Shown one piece after another: positions 40,591-51,000 of a DNA stretch of 64,000 nt. The translations under genes were made by a program, and so were the position numbers. Under the pieces are notes generated by a model. It ran no database searches and was not told the origin of the DNA. It saw only the letters and a program-made list of their open reading frames with translations. The stretch is taken from the NCBI GenBank assembly GCA_963749405.1, contig CAVVMY010000016.1, forward strand, positions 16,414-80,413, read 5' to 3'. Origin of the DNA: Candidatus Altiarchaeales archaeon (GTDB lineage: Archaea; Altiarchaeota; Altiarchaeia; IMC4; QMZM01). Within the stretch, counting starts at the first letter, position 1. Every line of letters starts with the position of its first letter.

Positions 40591-41892
40591 ATGGCAGAGC
40601 AAGTCCTAGTCCTCAAGTCCGGATCATGCAGCTGGGCAAAATGCTGCTTCTGCGGATACGGCAGAACACCCGGAAAAGAGCCGACAACAGCCAAACTAAA
40701 GAAGGACTTTGACGCATTTTTTAATGACGTGCGCGCCGGCGACACAGTCAAGGTATTCGGCTCAGGGAGCTTCCTCGACACAAAACAGGTGCCCTTGGAC
40801 GCAAGGGCATATTTCATAGAAAAATGCCGCAGCACAGGCATAGAAAAACTATTCATAGAATCCAGGCCAGAATACATAAACGAAGCCGCACTAAAAGATT
40901 TTGACGGAATCAACCTCTCGGTAGCGATCGGCCTCGAAGTCGCAGACGACGTATTACTGGATAAGATAAACAAAGGATTCCACCTAAAAGACTATGATGA
41001 GGCCACGGCAAAGATACACAAATGCGGAGCAAAAGTGCGCACATACCTGCTCGCAAACCCGCCATACGCCAAAGACATAAAAAAGATCCTTGACAAATCC
41101 GTAGAATACGCGCTCATCCGCTCCGATACAATCGTCCTCATAAACCTGCTGCCCCATGGCAATACGCCGGTATTCAAGATGTGGCTGACAGGTACGTGGA
41201 ATTTTCTATCCCGCGAAGAATTTTACAAATTAACTGATAGCTGGAAAGACAACCCAAAAATAGAACTCGACGCCGAAACCTTCAGATTCATACCGAAATT
41301 CCCGGAACAACTTAAAGAACGGCTAAACGGTGTAGGCGAAGCCTTCCTCACACACCCGCACTTCGAAGTATGGCAGGACTACCTGCAAAGATGGTACACG
41401 CCGCCAGAAGAGAAGGACATACTATTATTCCTACCCTGCTCATACCAAAAACCATACTCACACTCCAAAACGCACCAAGGGATAATAGAAACCGCAAAGA
41501 AGACGGGCAAATACCAAAGAATACACCAGGTGATGATCAGCAACACCGGCCTCGTCCCAAGGAAATACGAAGACTGCTACCCCTTCAACGCATACGACTG
41601 GGACGAATCACTGGAGACAGAGGAGATAAAAAAGAGATACATAGAGGTAACAAAGACACGGATAAAGAGATATTTAACCTGCCACAGAAATAAGTACAGG
41701 ACCATCATCTGCTTCCTGAAATACAGCTCAGAAAGCTACCAGGCACTCGAAGCCGCATGCAGGGAACTTGGTATTCCAATGATAAACCTGCTCTCAAAAG
41801 AGACATATGAAAAAATCAGAAAAGAAGGAAAGCCGCTTCAGACAGACGCGGCTCTTAGCGATCTATACAACAATCTAACCAAGGAAACATGA
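40591..41892 (+). CDS. RaSEA-like radical SAM domain fused to ArcS-type (DUF5591-like) domain
   Basis: CSWAKCCFC, SGSFLD, ESRPEY, IGLE, INKG; C-terminal LPCSYQKPYSHSKTH, GLVPR, AYDW. Confidence 0.75.
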   Translation: MAEQVLVLKSGSCSWAKCCFCGYGRTPGKEPTTAKLKKDFDAFFNDVRAGDTVKVFGSGSFLDTKQVPLDARAYFIEKCRSTGIEKLFIESRPEYINEAALKDFDGINLSVAIGLEVADDVLLDKINKGFHLKDYDEATAKIHKCGAKVRTYLLANPPYAKDIKKILDKSVEYALIRSDTIVLINLLPHGNTPVFKMWLTGTWNFLSREEFYKLTDSWKDNPKIELDAETFRFIPKFPEQLKERLNGVGEAFLTHPHFEVWQDYLQRWYTPPEEKDILLFLPCSYQKPYSHSKTHQGIIETAKKTGKYQRIHQVMISNTGLVPRKYEDCYPFNAYDWDESLETEEIKKRYIEVTKTRIKRYLTCHRNKYRTIICFLKYSSESYQALEAACRELGIPMINLLSKETYEKIRKEGKPLQTDAALSDLYNNLTKET

Positions 41893-42614
41893 AAATAATC
41901 CCTGCGATCGACATAAAGGACGGAAAATGCACTCAGCTCGTAGGCGGCGTGGCCGACACTGCGAAATACTACGGAGACCCTGTGGATGCTGCGAATAAAT
42001 GGGTGGCCCTCGGCGCAGAAGTATTGCACGTGGTAGACCTGGACGCTGCGTTGGGAACGGGTAACAACCTGGAAAAAGTCCTTGAGATAAAGAAAGCTGC
42101 AAACGTGCCGATACACTACGGCGGCGGGGTGCGGGATTACGTATACTGCGAAAAGCTCATCAAGGAATATGACATAGACAGGATAGCAATCGGCACCCTG
42201 GCCATAAAAGACTACCTTGAGAGGGAAATAGACGGGATGCTGGAGATAAACAACTACCCAAAAAGCATACGGCAGCGCATAATAGTCTCCCTGGACTCCA
42301 GAGGAGGCAAAGTCGTCACACACGGCTGGAAAGAAAAAACAGAGATCGACGCAACCTCTTTGACGCGGGAATTCGAAAGCCTTGTGTGGGGTTTCCTCTA
42401 CACGGACGTTGACGTCGAAGGGCAGATGAGAGGCATAAACCTCAAGAGGACAGAGCGCATCATCAAGTCAACAAAGAACCCTGTGATAGCCTCAGGCGGC
42501 ATCTCTTCAACAAAGGACATAACGGACCTGAAGAGTATAGGCGCTTGGGGCGCAGTCCTCGGAAAAGCGCTGTACGAAGGAAAGATAGATTACAAAGAAG
42601 CGCTAAAATGCTGA
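41889..42614 (+). CDS. hisA: ProFAR isomerase
   Basis: IIPAIDIKDGK, LHVVDLD, GGGVR, IASGGI, GKALY. Confidence 0.92.
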   Translation: MKIIPAIDIKDGKCTQLVGGVADTAKYYGDPVDAANKWVALGAEVLHVVDLDAALGTGNNLEKVLEIKKAANVPIHYGGGVRDYVYCEKLIKEYDIDRIAIGTLAIKDYLEREIDGMLEINNYPKSIRQRIIVSLDSRGGKVVTHGWKEKTEIDATSLTREFESLVWGFLYTDVDVEGQMRGINLKRTERIIKSTKNPVIASGGISSTKDITDLKSIGAWGAVLGKALYEGKIDYKEALKC

Positions 42615-43360
42615 TAGACGTCCACGCCCACCTGGATTTTTCTCAATTTGACGCAGACAGAGACGCAGTAGTAGAACGGGCGAACGCGGAGGGAATCGTC
42701 ATAATAAACTCAGGGTTAGGCACTACAGGGATAAGAAAGACCCTGGAGCTGACAGAAAAATACGACAACGTCTACGCCACATTGGGCCTTACACCCACCG
42801 AACTCGGAGAAAAAGAGATCGATGCGTCGATAGAGCTCATAAGGCAGAACAGGGAGAAGATCATAGGAGTAGGCGAGGTCGGCCTTGATTATTATTGGGT
42901 GAAGGATGAGGAGAAAAGGAGGCAGGAGGCAGTTAACTTTCAAAGGTTCATAGAGCTGTCGCAGGAATTGCATCTTCCCCTGGTCATCCATTCAAGGGAT
43001 GCAGAAGAAGACCTGCTGAACATCCTGAAAGAAGAAAACATGCTGGCGCTCCTGCACTGTTTTGGCGGAGACGCAAAACAAGCGGCGGTGGCCGCGGCAG
43101 AAGGCCATCTCATATCTATACCTGCCAATCTCCAAAATTCAAAACAAAAGCAGTCGGTGGCAAAGGCCGTTCCGCTCGATTCGCTCGTCCTGGAAACAGA
43201 CGCCCCGTACCTTTCTCCCGTGCCGAAGACAAGAAACGAGCCAGTGAACATCAGGCAGACAGCCAAAAAGATAGCGGAGATAAAATGCGTGGATTACTCC
43301 GCAGTGGAAGATGCGACCACCAGGAACGCAAAAAGATTTTTCAACCTTACCGACCCTTGA
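42608..43360 (+). CDS. tatD: TatD-family nuclease
   Basis: DVHAH, GEVGLDY, HSR, HCF, ETDAPY. Confidence 0.92.
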   Translation: MLIDVHAHLDFSQFDADRDAVVERANAEGIVIINSGLGTTGIRKTLELTEKYDNVYATLGLTPTELGEKEIDASIELIRQNREKIIGVGEVGLDYYWVKDEEKRRQEAVNFQRFIELSQELHLPLVIHSRDAEEDLLNILKEENMLALLHCFGGDAKQAAVAAAEGHLISIPANLQNSKQKQSVAKAVPLDSLVLETDAPYLSPVPKTRNEPVNIRQTAKKIAEIKCVDYSAVEDATTRNAKRFFNLTDP

Positions 43361-44378
43361 TGAAATACTCCGGGTGCCGCAGAACAAAAAGAGACAATAG
43401 ATAAGCTATAAGAGAGGACAGAAGCACTATCTCCACCCTCACGTCCAGGAACCGGGTCATAAGGAAATAGGCCAATACGAATAACATGGGCGGGATTATT
43501 TTCAGGACGCCGCCAATCTCCGCGGTCTCGCTTATGATATACGATACAGGCATTGCCGCAAGCAGCATGGCCGAGGATAACATGAGTATGAAAATTATCC
43601 ATTTCAGGCCCGCCAATGCAGGCTCTGTTATCTGGTTTCCATGCTCCCATAGCTGGGGCGCATACTCTATGACCAGTATTGCAGACAGTATGAAAAGCGC
43701 GATGCTAAACGCTTCCAGTTTGTTTTCCAGGAAGGAGTCGAATGCTCCGCTTATGTCTTTTGGGCTCGGCGCGCTCCCCAATGCGAATGAGAATTCAAGA
43801 TAGAGCAGCACGAGTATCGCGGGATTGGAAAGGTCAAGGAAGAGCAACTGGTCATAGAAGCGCGTGAGTATCAGATTTATCGTGGACAATATCCTGTCTG
43901 CGCTGCTTATGTCCACCATTCCCGGGCCCACGAGCCCCAGCTGGGGATGCGTGAGCGCCAAGTAGTTGAGTATGGCTATCAGGAAGATACCGCATCCAAA
44001 GAATGGCGCGATTCCTATGAGCAGGCTTCTTACAGACTGATGGCCGTCAGCCGGCTGGGCGTATTCGACATATCCCAAGACGCCGCCCTTCTGGGAGAAA
44101 TTAAAAAAGGATATCTTGGTTATGTCGCACCCCGTGACCTTTGCCATGAGCGCGTGCGAGGCTTCGTGGACGATCGTTCCAGGCGCTATCACCAGATTGA
44201 AGTATTTGCTCTTTAGGTTCGAGACAAGGTATGACTCGAGGAAATCGTTTAGCAGCACCTGCAAAGCAAAGAACGCGAATATCAATGACACGTAGTTTCT
44301 GATAGAAAAACTTTCCAGGAGATACCAGCAGACCGCTGCCAAGAGAGCAAAGAAAAGGGAGATGTGTATGTTCTTCAT
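43347..44378 (-). CDS. Membrane metalloprotease, M50-like
   Basis: PGTIVHEASH, IAPFF, PSPKD; multiple TM helices. Confidence 0.7.
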   Translation of the reverse strand: MKNIHISLFFALLAAVCWYLLESFSIRNYVSLIFAFFALQVLLNDFLESYLVSNLKSKYFNLVIAPGTIVHEASHALMAKVTGCDITKISFFNFSQKGGVLGYVEYAQPADGHQSVRSLLIGIAPFFGCGIFLIAILNYLALTHPQLGLVGPGMVDISSADRILSTINLILTRFYDQLLFLDLSNPAILVLLYLEFSFALGSAPSPKDISGAFDSFLENKLEAFSIALFILSAILVIEYAPQLWEHGNQITEPALAGLKWIIFILMLSSAMLLAAMPVSYIISETAEIGGVLKIIPPMLFVLAYFLMTRFLDVRVEIVLLSSLIAYLLSLFVLRHPEYFIKGR

Positions 44379-45070
44379 TTTGTTCCTGCAAACATTTTAA
44401 GGAGCTGCGACGGGCTCTTTACTACCGTGATGCCCTTGACTGATGCCATTTTTTCTGCGTTCTTGACGTCAAGGGGCCGGCATAGTATGCTTATCTCTTT
44501 TCCGAATTCTATTGCATTGCTTGCGCATGATGAGATGCATTTTAAGCATGCGTCGCATTTCATCAGGTCTATGTGCATGCCCTCTGACATGTAGATAGCA
44601 TCGTTCGGGCAGACCCTCATGGCTGTGCATGCGTTGCAGTTTGCGCATTTCTCCGCATCCAGGGTTACCGGAAGATGGGTCTTCTGCTTCTTTACTGCAT
44701 CCGTTGGTAGAACATATACAGGGACTTTGCATTTCCCGGCCTGTGCCACGATGTTTGAAACGAGCGAGTCGGATATGCCGTATGCTATCTTGGCCGATGT
44801 GTTGGCAGTGCATGGTGCTACGATCACTTTGTCATATTCTTTCCTGGAAAGCCTTCCCACAAGAGGAGAGCTTGCCCCCTGCTTCTCTTCGAGTACGATG
44901 TCCGGGTATTTTGTCTCTATCTCGGAAAGAAGGCCATACATGCGGCAGACTTCGTAGCCTGCCCTTGAAAAAACAAGCGTAACATGACCTGCCTGAGCAG
45001 ACCGATTCATCGCTTCCAGAGATTCCGACAGGAATTGCCCAGCGCCCGTTACGCACCATAGTATTTTCAT
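44375..45070 (-). CDS. dmrX: Archaeal flavoprotein with two 4Fe-4S motifs (dihydromethanopterin reductase DmrX-like)
   Basis: WCVTGAG, APCTANTSAKIAYGISD, inserted ferredoxin motifs. Confidence 0.8.
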   Translation of the reverse strand: MKILWCVTGAGQFLSESLEAMNRSAQAGHVTLVFSRAGYEVCRMYGLLSEIETKYPDIVLEEKQGASSPLVGRLSRKEYDKVIVAPCTANTSAKIAYGISDSLVSNIVAQAGKCKVPVYVLPTDAVKKQKTHLPVTLDAEKCANCNACTAMRVCPNDAIYMSEGMHIDLMKCDACLKCISSCASNAIEFGKEISILCRPLDVKNAEKMASVKGITVVKSPSQLLKMFAGTK

Positions 45071-45139
45071 CGCTGCTCGCAGAAGTTATATGTCCCTAAT
45101 TCTATATTTATTGTTCGCTCCATAATAAATGAGAAAAGA

Positions 45140-46543
45140 ATGCCAGACATAAAACCCGAATTCTGGGAAAAGATATGCGAAGTATCCAGGAACTTGGCCG
45201 ATGAAAATGATTTCCTGGTTGTAAGTCACCACGACGCAGACGGGGTCACAGCATGCGCAATAATTGTGGAACTGCTCACAAGCATGGGAAAGAAAACAGA
45301 GTACATGATCCTGAAACAATTAGACAGCACCACAGTCGCCAAAGTAAAGGAAAGGACCGGCAAGACCGTCGTTTTCACAGATATGGGCTCAGGACAGCAA
45401 TCTATCCTCAGGGATAACGGAATAGAAGGTTTCTACATAATAGACCATCACCCGCCGGAGGGTGAATACGTTAACCAGATAAACCCGCACTTCTACGGCT
45501 ACGACGGAGGATCCGAGATAAGCGCATCAGGCCTTTGCTACCTTACCGCAAAATCTCTCGGCGATACGCGCATGGCCCACATCGCAATGGTAGGAGCAGT
45601 AGGGGACATGCAGGACTCGGAAGGGGAGATGAAATCCTTAAACAGGCTTATAATGGAGGACGCAGCAAAACTGGGCCTCCTGAAGGTTAGAAAAGACCTC
45701 CGGCTCTTTGGAAGACAGTCGCGTCCACTGATACAGATGCTAACATACGCATCAGACCCCGTACTGCCCTGGCTCACAGGAGACGAAGCCGCATGCGCAG
45801 CATTCATAGAAAGCCTGCAAATTCCCCTGCGCGTAGACGACCGCTGGAGAAACTACGTAGACCTGAGCAGCGCAGAAAGAAACAAACTCATCTCAGCCCT
45901 TTACATGCACCTGCTCGACTACAACATACCCGAATATATCATACAGGGAATGATAGGCGACGTCTACACCCTACTGCACGAACAAAAAAGAACCGAGCTT
46001 CGCGACGCAAAAGAATACGCAAGCCTCCTAAACGCATGCGGCAGACAGGAAAGGCCGGAAATCGGGCTACAGGTATGCCTCGGCGACAGAGGAGAGAACT
46101 GGTACGAGGCAAGAACCATACTCAAAAGCTACAGGGAAGCGCTCGCAAAAGGCATAAGAGCCCTGAAAGAAAAAGGCATGGTGCAGGAGAAAGAAAACCT
46201 CTACTACTTCGACGCATGCGGCGACGTAGAAGAAAACATCGTAGGCGTAGTCGCAGGAATGGCCTACGGCGCAGGCATCATACGCGGCGACAAACCAGTC
46301 CTCGCATTCGCAGACGACAAAGACAACGCAGAAATGATGAAGGTCTCGGGCCGCGGGAACCGCAACCTGACAAGACGAGGCCTGAACCTCGGAGTCGCCC
46401 TGCGCGAGGAAAGCAGGAAATCAGGAGGCGAAGGAGGAGGACACGACATCGCAGCAGGGGCGAGGATCAAACGCGCGAACAAGGAAGAATTCCTGGCGAA
46501 TATGGATAGGAGGATAGGGGAGCAACTTGGTCGAAATAAGTGA
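45140..46543 (+). CDS. DHH/RecJ-family exonuclease
   Basis: HHDADG, DMGSG, DHH, GAVGD, GGGHDIAAGA. Confidence 0.9.
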   Translation: MPDIKPEFWEKICEVSRNLADENDFLVVSHHDADGVTACAIIVELLTSMGKKTEYMILKQLDSTTVAKVKERTGKTVVFTDMGSGQQSILRDNGIEGFYIIDHHPPEGEYVNQINPHFYGYDGGSEISASGLCYLTAKSLGDTRMAHIAMVGAVGDMQDSEGEMKSLNRLIMEDAAKLGLLKVRKDLRLFGRQSRPLIQMLTYASDPVLPWLTGDEAACAAFIESLQIPLRVDDRWRNYVDLSSAERNKLISALYMHLLDYNIPEYIIQGMIGDVYTLLHEQKRTELRDAKEYASLLNACGRQERPEIGLQVCLGDRGENWYEARTILKSYREALAKGIRALKEKGMVQEKENLYYFDACGDVEENIVGVVAGMAYGAGIIRGDKPVLAFADDKDNAEMMKVSGRGNRNLTRRGLNLGVALREESRKSGGEGGGHDIAAGARIKRANKEEFLANMDRRIGEQLGRNK

Positions 46544-46551
46544 CCAATCAG

Positions 46552-46734
46552 TTATTTGCCCAGCGTCCTCTTCTTTCGAGCCTTGTAGTTCCTCAAGTCT
46601 TCGAGTTCGCCGTCATAATATTTGACAAGCCCGTCGTTCTTAGCGGCAAGGGCCTGCGCCCTCTTTAATTCGTGCAGTATTATCTGCTCGTCCAGGGATT
46701 CAATGCCCTTTTTTAGTCTTTTTTTGCGATTCAT
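46552..46734 (-). CDS. Small basic helical protein, overlapping the upstream nucleotidyltransferase
   Basis: 60-aa ORF overlapping the upstream gene end. Confidence 0.55.
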   Translation of the reverse strand: MNRKKRLKKGIESLDEQIILHELKRAQALAAKNDGLVKYYDGELEDLRNYKARKKRTLGK

Positions 46735-47500
46735 CCTTCAACTCATTTAGCAATTGCAAATCAATATCATGCAGCCGCCTGAGGGCCTTCGTGGGGATTC
46801 TATGTACGGGGATGGGACGCTCTTCGGTGGCCGCTTTGTAGACTGCATATATCTCATCGAAGACATCCGAATCGATGCCTTTGCCGATAACATATTCTTT
46901 AAGCCCCCTGGAAGTATATTGCTCTTTACGCATCCGGCACCTGAGTATGTAAAGCCCCCGAAGCCTGAGCACCAAAGACCTGATGGCGCCGGAATGATCA
47001 GAGTCCTTGACGTTCAAAATATGTTCCGATACCTTCAGGACGCTTTCAGTTAGCTCGTAATAGGCGGAAAGGTTCCTGTCGTCGGGCTTGATTGCCTTCA
47101 AATCCCTAAGCAGCGGCGCATTGATCACAGGAATACACTCTTGGACGATGGAGTAATAGCCTACCGGGTCCTTCTTTAGCCTCTGCCTAATCTCTTCCAA
47201 AGACCCGCTCTCGATATTCACCAGACCCTCCTTGTGGACAGGGATTGCCTTCTCAGAGACGATCAGAACGTCTATGTCCGACCCCCCGCCCGCCTCGCCC
47301 CGGACATAGGAGCCATAAAGGAACACGCCGGAAACATCCTCCAGATAAGGAGAAAGCACGCCAAGAATGTATTCTCTGACATTCAAAGGCTGGACGACGA
47401 CGCGTTGGCCGATCCATGCCTTCGGCAAATAGATAGTGCCGGAATGGCCGCGATCCATGACCTCTTTGACGACGGACTCGCTTAAAGGGATGTTTTGCAT
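46700..47500 (-). CDS. DUF2080-like + minimal nucleotidyltransferase + helical (HEPN-like) protein
   Basis: GHSGTIYLPKAWIGQRV; LYGSYVRGE...SDIDVL. Confidence 0.78.
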   Translation of the reverse strand: MQNIPLSESVVKEVMDRGHSGTIYLPKAWIGQRVVVQPLNVREYILGVLSPYLEDVSGVFLYGSYVRGEAGGGSDIDVLIVSEKAIPVHKEGLVNIESGSLEEIRQRLKKDPVGYYSIVQECIPVINAPLLRDLKAIKPDDRNLSAYYELTESVLKVSEHILNVKDSDHSGAIRSLVLRLRGLYILRCRMRKEQYTSRGLKEYVIGKGIDSDVFDEIYAVYKAATEERPIPVHRIPTKALRRLHDIDLQLLNELKDESQKKTKKGH

Positions 47501-47605
47501 TTTGTGTGGATATTTGTGGATACATAAATATGGAGATTGACTCAATAAATAATAGAAGAATAACCTTAAAATTAGAAACAGTTATCCCTCGAAGACATCT
47601 TAAAT

Positions 47606-47649
47606 AACATTATCATGATAATGTTGCAGTATTATCGTGATAATATTGC
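47606..47649. promoter_or_regulatory. Tandem palindromic operator candidates (core ATTATCRTGATAAT)
   Basis: Perfect 20-bp palindrome 47606-47625 and near-palindrome 47626-47649; cores 22 bp apart. Confidence 0.6.
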
Positions 47650-47862
47650 TCTAAAAAGGCCAAAAAGACGACAGATTGATCAGACACCATTATTAAATAA
47701 CAGTGAGCAAACATCTCAGTTAAAGATATCTACCCCCGATTTTTAAACCCCAATTCCAATATTCTAGAACTTATATATCGTCTTTTTCTCGGATGACGGA
47801 GTCTTCGGACAACGGCATGCCAGGGAATAACCGTTTATTGTAGTCATATTCGGATTAGTAAA

Positions 47863-48318
47863 ATGGCACGTATGCACACGCGTAGAAAGGGTAAATCCGG
47901 GTCCAAGCATCCTTCCAGGACCAGTAAACCGGATTTCGTAGCTTATGATCAAGGCGAGATTGAGGAGTTAATCGTCAAGCTTGCAAAGGAGGAGAATACT
48001 CCGAGTAAGATCGGCATCATCCTTCGGGATCAGTATGGCATTCCTTCTGTGAAAGATGTTACGGGTAAGAAGATTTATTTCTTTTTGCAGAAGAATAATG
48101 CTGCGCCTCCGTTGCCTGAGGATTTGCAGAATCTTATAATGAAGGCGCTCTCGCTGAGAAAGCATCTTGCCGGGAACGTTAAGGATAATCATAATAAGAG
48201 GAGTTTGCAGCTTGTGGAGTCGAAGATCCATAGGATGAGCAAGTATTACAGGAACTCAGGTAAGCTTCCTGAGACTTGGAGATATGATCCTGAGACTGCG
48301 AAGCTCTTGACGGCATAG
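47863..48318 (+). CDS. rps15: 30S ribosomal protein uS15
   Basis: [31 protein letters not shown]. Confidence 0.96.
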   Translation: MARMHTRRKGKSGSKHPSRTSKPDFVAYDQGEIEELIVKLAKEENTPSKIGIILRDQYGIPSVKDVTGKKIYFFLQKNNAAPPLPEDLQNLIMKALSLRKHLAGNVKDNHNKRSLQLVESKIHRMSKYYRNSGKLPETWRYDPETAKLLTA

Positions 48319-48323
48319 AGGAC

Positions 48324-48548
48324 ATGAAATATGTTGCCCGTCTTACGACTGAGTCCAAAGACGCGTCCAGTGTCTCTAGGGCTCTTAATGTCGACAACAT
48401 TAGGCTGGATGGTTTGAGGATTGTGTCCGGCATTTCGGGCGGCAGGATAGTAACGGAGATTGAGTCGGATAATTTGAAAACATTGGTTAATACGCTTGAC
48501 GACCTCATAAGTTGCCAGATGGCGGCTGAGAAGTTGTTAGGTGACTAA
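48324..48548 (+). CDS. pcc1: KEOPS subunit Pcc1
   Basis: Size, position between rps15 and rps3ae, AL.VDN...TLVNTLDDL. Confidence 0.75.
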   Translation: MKYVARLTTESKDASSVSRALNVDNIRLDGLRIVSGISGGRIVTEIESDNLKTLVNTLDDLISCQMAAEKLLGD

Positions 48549-49110
48549 TAAAAAAATGGCTAAAGAGATGAGTTCATGGAAGCAGAAGACGCTTTATAAG
48601 ATTGTTTCCCCGGAGAATTTCGAGTCTAGGGAAGTGGGTAGCACGTTCGCCAGCGACCCTAAGAATCTGGTCGGCAGGAGGGTTGACATATCCTTGAAGG
48701 ATTTGACCGAGGATAGGACTAAGCAGCATCTTAAGGTTATCTTGGAAGTAACCGACGTAAAAGATGATAAGGCGTATACCAAGTTTAAGATTTTTGAGGC
48801 AAACCAGGGTTACTTGCATTCCAAGGTCAGGAAGGGTATGAGCAAGGTGGACTATATCGGTTTCATAGATTTGCAGGATGGCCGCGTGCGCGTGAAGATC
48901 ATGGCCGTAACCCATAAGAACGCCAAGTCTTCTCAGAGGAAGGAGATACTTGCCAGGATAAGTAAGACCGTTGAGGGGTATAAGAACAGCACTCTTAACG
49001 ACTTTATACAGGCTACTTTGTTCGGGAAGCTTGGGACCGAGATATACCACAACTCCAAGAATATAACGCCTATAAGCCGGGTGGAAGTCGAAGAAGTGAA
49101 AATTCTTTAG
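48541..49110 (+). CDS. rps3ae: 30S ribosomal protein eS1 (S3Ae)
   Basis: WKQK..Y.I.SP, LVGR, S.VRKG.SKVD. Confidence 0.9.
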   Translation: MTNKKMAKEMSSWKQKTLYKIVSPENFESREVGSTFASDPKNLVGRRVDISLKDLTEDRTKQHLKVILEVTDVKDDKAYTKFKIFEANQGYLHSKVRKGMSKVDYIGFIDLQDGRVRVKIMAVTHKNAKSSQRKEILARISKTVEGYKNSTLNDFIQATLFGKLGTEIYHNSKNITPISRVEVEEVKIL

Positions 49111-49140
49111 AGAATTTTCATCCTCTGATCCTATTTTTTT

Positions 49141-49572
49141 TTAAGCGGTTGGCTGTCGGATTATTTTTTTCTCCGATACGTCCATTATCAGGAATATTTT
49201 CTTTTTTTCTCCTATGATGCTTGATTTTTCTATTATTTTATCTACTTCTTCGGCTTTGCATGAGGATTTGGAGGATAGGAGGAATACTGCTTCTTTTGGG
49301 GAGTATTCCAGGACTTTCCATAGGTGTTTGTATATTTCTTCCTGGTTTCCGAATTCTGTTGTGAATGTGATGTTCGGCTCGAGCCAGATGAGGTCGATTT
49401 TTCCGTGGTTTATCCCGTTTTTTATGATTGATGCGTTTTCTCTTACCGTGTAGCCCAGTTTTTCTCCGAGCTCTTTGTAGTATCTGAGGATTGCTTCGCG
49501 GAATTTCAGGCCTGATGAGCTTACGTAGCGGTCTAGGCTGTTTAGGTCGGTTATTTCTTTTATTTTTTCCAT
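49141..49572 (-). CDS. Hypothetical protein, possible PD-(D/E)XK-like fold
   Basis: LG.KLGY...E...KIDLIW...E pattern. Confidence 0.5.
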   Translation of the reverse strand: MEKIKEITDLNSLDRYVSSSGLKFREAILRYYKELGEKLGYTVRENASIIKNGINHGKIDLIWLEPNITFTTEFGNQEEIYKHLWKVLEYSPKEAVFLLSSKSSCKAEEVDKIIEKSSIIGEKKKIFLIMDVSEKKIIRQPTA

Positions 49573-49581
49573 CTGGGGCTC

Positions 49582-51000
49582 TTATTCGAATGTTTTGCAG
49601 TATTTTATGGCTTGCGGTATCTTTTCCAGGACGTCTGCGGCTGTGAATGAGTAGCCTTTTTCGTCCATGCAAAGGTTTCCTGAGATGCCGGACAGGAATG
49701 CTGCGGCCGAGGCCGCCGTGAATGCGTCTGTTTTTGCTGCGAGTGCGCCTGTTATGCCTGCGAGGACGTCGCCTGTTCCTCCAACAGTCATGCCAGGGTT
49801 GTGAGTTCTGTTAAGCTTGGTCTTTTCGCCGTCTGATATGATATCTGTCGGCCCTTTTAGTAGGATGATTGTCTTTGTCTTTTTTGCTTTTTCTTCTACG
49901 ATTTTGACGCGTTCGCTGGTCGTCTCGGCTGCTTCTCCGAATAGGGTTTTGAATTCGATGATGTGCGGGGTCAGTATGTGGTTTGGTTTTAGGTGTCTTG
50001 GTTCTATGAGTTTTAATGCGTCTGCGTCTATCACTACTGGTTTGTCGGTTTTTCTAAGGAATTCCCTGACAAATGAGCGTGTCTCGTCTTGTAGGCCTAT
50101 CCCGTTTCCTAAAACGACTGAGTCGTAATTTAGGTTGAGGATTGCGTCTACGTCGGTTCCTGAGAGGTAGTATTCAGAAGCCGTCGGCCGGACTATCAGG
50201 ACTGGGTCCTGCTCTATCCTTTCCGCAACGTATCTTGGGCAGGCCAGCGTTACCAGGTCGATGCTTGTTCTGTATGCCGCTTTTGCTGCAAGCAGGGGCG
50301 CACCTAGGTAGTCTTTGCTTCCTCCGATAACTAGCAGCCTTCCGAAGTCTCCCTTGTGCTCCGAGCCGGTTCTTGGGGGGATGGCGTAGTATACGTCTCC
50401 CGGGCCGCAGTATGTTTCGGCTTCCTTTGGTATTCCGATGCTGGCTACTTGCGCATCCGGGGTCTTTGGGTATTGGAAGGAGATGGTCTTGTCTGCTTTG
50501 CAGCCGGGCGTTGGTACGTCCACTGCTATCTTCTTTGCCTTTGCAGAGTTCATAGACGTAACCAGGCTCTTTATAGGCTCTCTTAGTTCGCCTTTTGCTC
50601 CGACTCCGAGCAGGGCATCTACCAGCGTATCGTAGTTCGAGAGCTCTTTTTTTATCTCTTCGGATTGGCTTGAGTCGCTTACGTATATCAGTTTGATCGA
50701 AGGCAGTTTCTCTACGAGTTCGAGGTTTTTCTGTGCTGCATCTGTCCTCTTGCCGCAGACTGCATACACTGTAACCTTTTTTCCAGCAGATGATATGTGT
50801 CTTGCGGCTGCGAGGCCGTCTCCTCCGTTGTTTCCGCAGCCGCAGAAGACTGCAATGTTCGCTGAGGCTTCGCATGCTCTGGCTATTTCTTTTCCTGCGT
50901 TCTCCATGAGCAGTTCACGGGTTATGCCAAGGTACGCGCAGTTCATGTCCAGCAGCTTCGTACGCTTTGCCTGGGCTGCGGGATCGTCGTATTTATCCAT
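49582..51000 (-). CDS. nnr: Bifunctional NAD(P)HX epimerase/dehydratase
   Basis: [37 protein letters not shown]. Confidence 0.93.
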   Translation of the reverse strand: MDKYDDPAAQAKRTKLLDMNCAYLGITRELLMENAGKEIARACEASANIAVFCGCGNNGGDGLAAARHISSAGKKVTVYAVCGKRTDAAQKNLELVEKLPSIKLIYVSDSSQSEEIKKELSNYDTLVDALLGVGAKGELREPIKSLVTSMNSAKAKKIAVDVPTPGCKADKTISFQYPKTPDAQVASIGIPKEAETYCGPGDVYYAIPPRTGSEHKGDFGRLLVIGGSKDYLGAPLLAAKAAYRTSIDLVTLACPRYVAERIEQDPVLIVRPTASEYYLSGTDVDAILNLNYDSVVLGNGIGLQDETRSFVREFLRKTDKPVVIDADALKLIEPRHLKPNHILTPHIIEFKTLFGEAAETTSERVKIVEEKAKKTKTIILLKGPTDIISDGEKTKLNRTHNPGMTVGGTGDVLAGITGALAAKTDAFTAASAAAFLSGISGNLCMDEKGYSFTAADVLEKIPQAIKYCKTFE

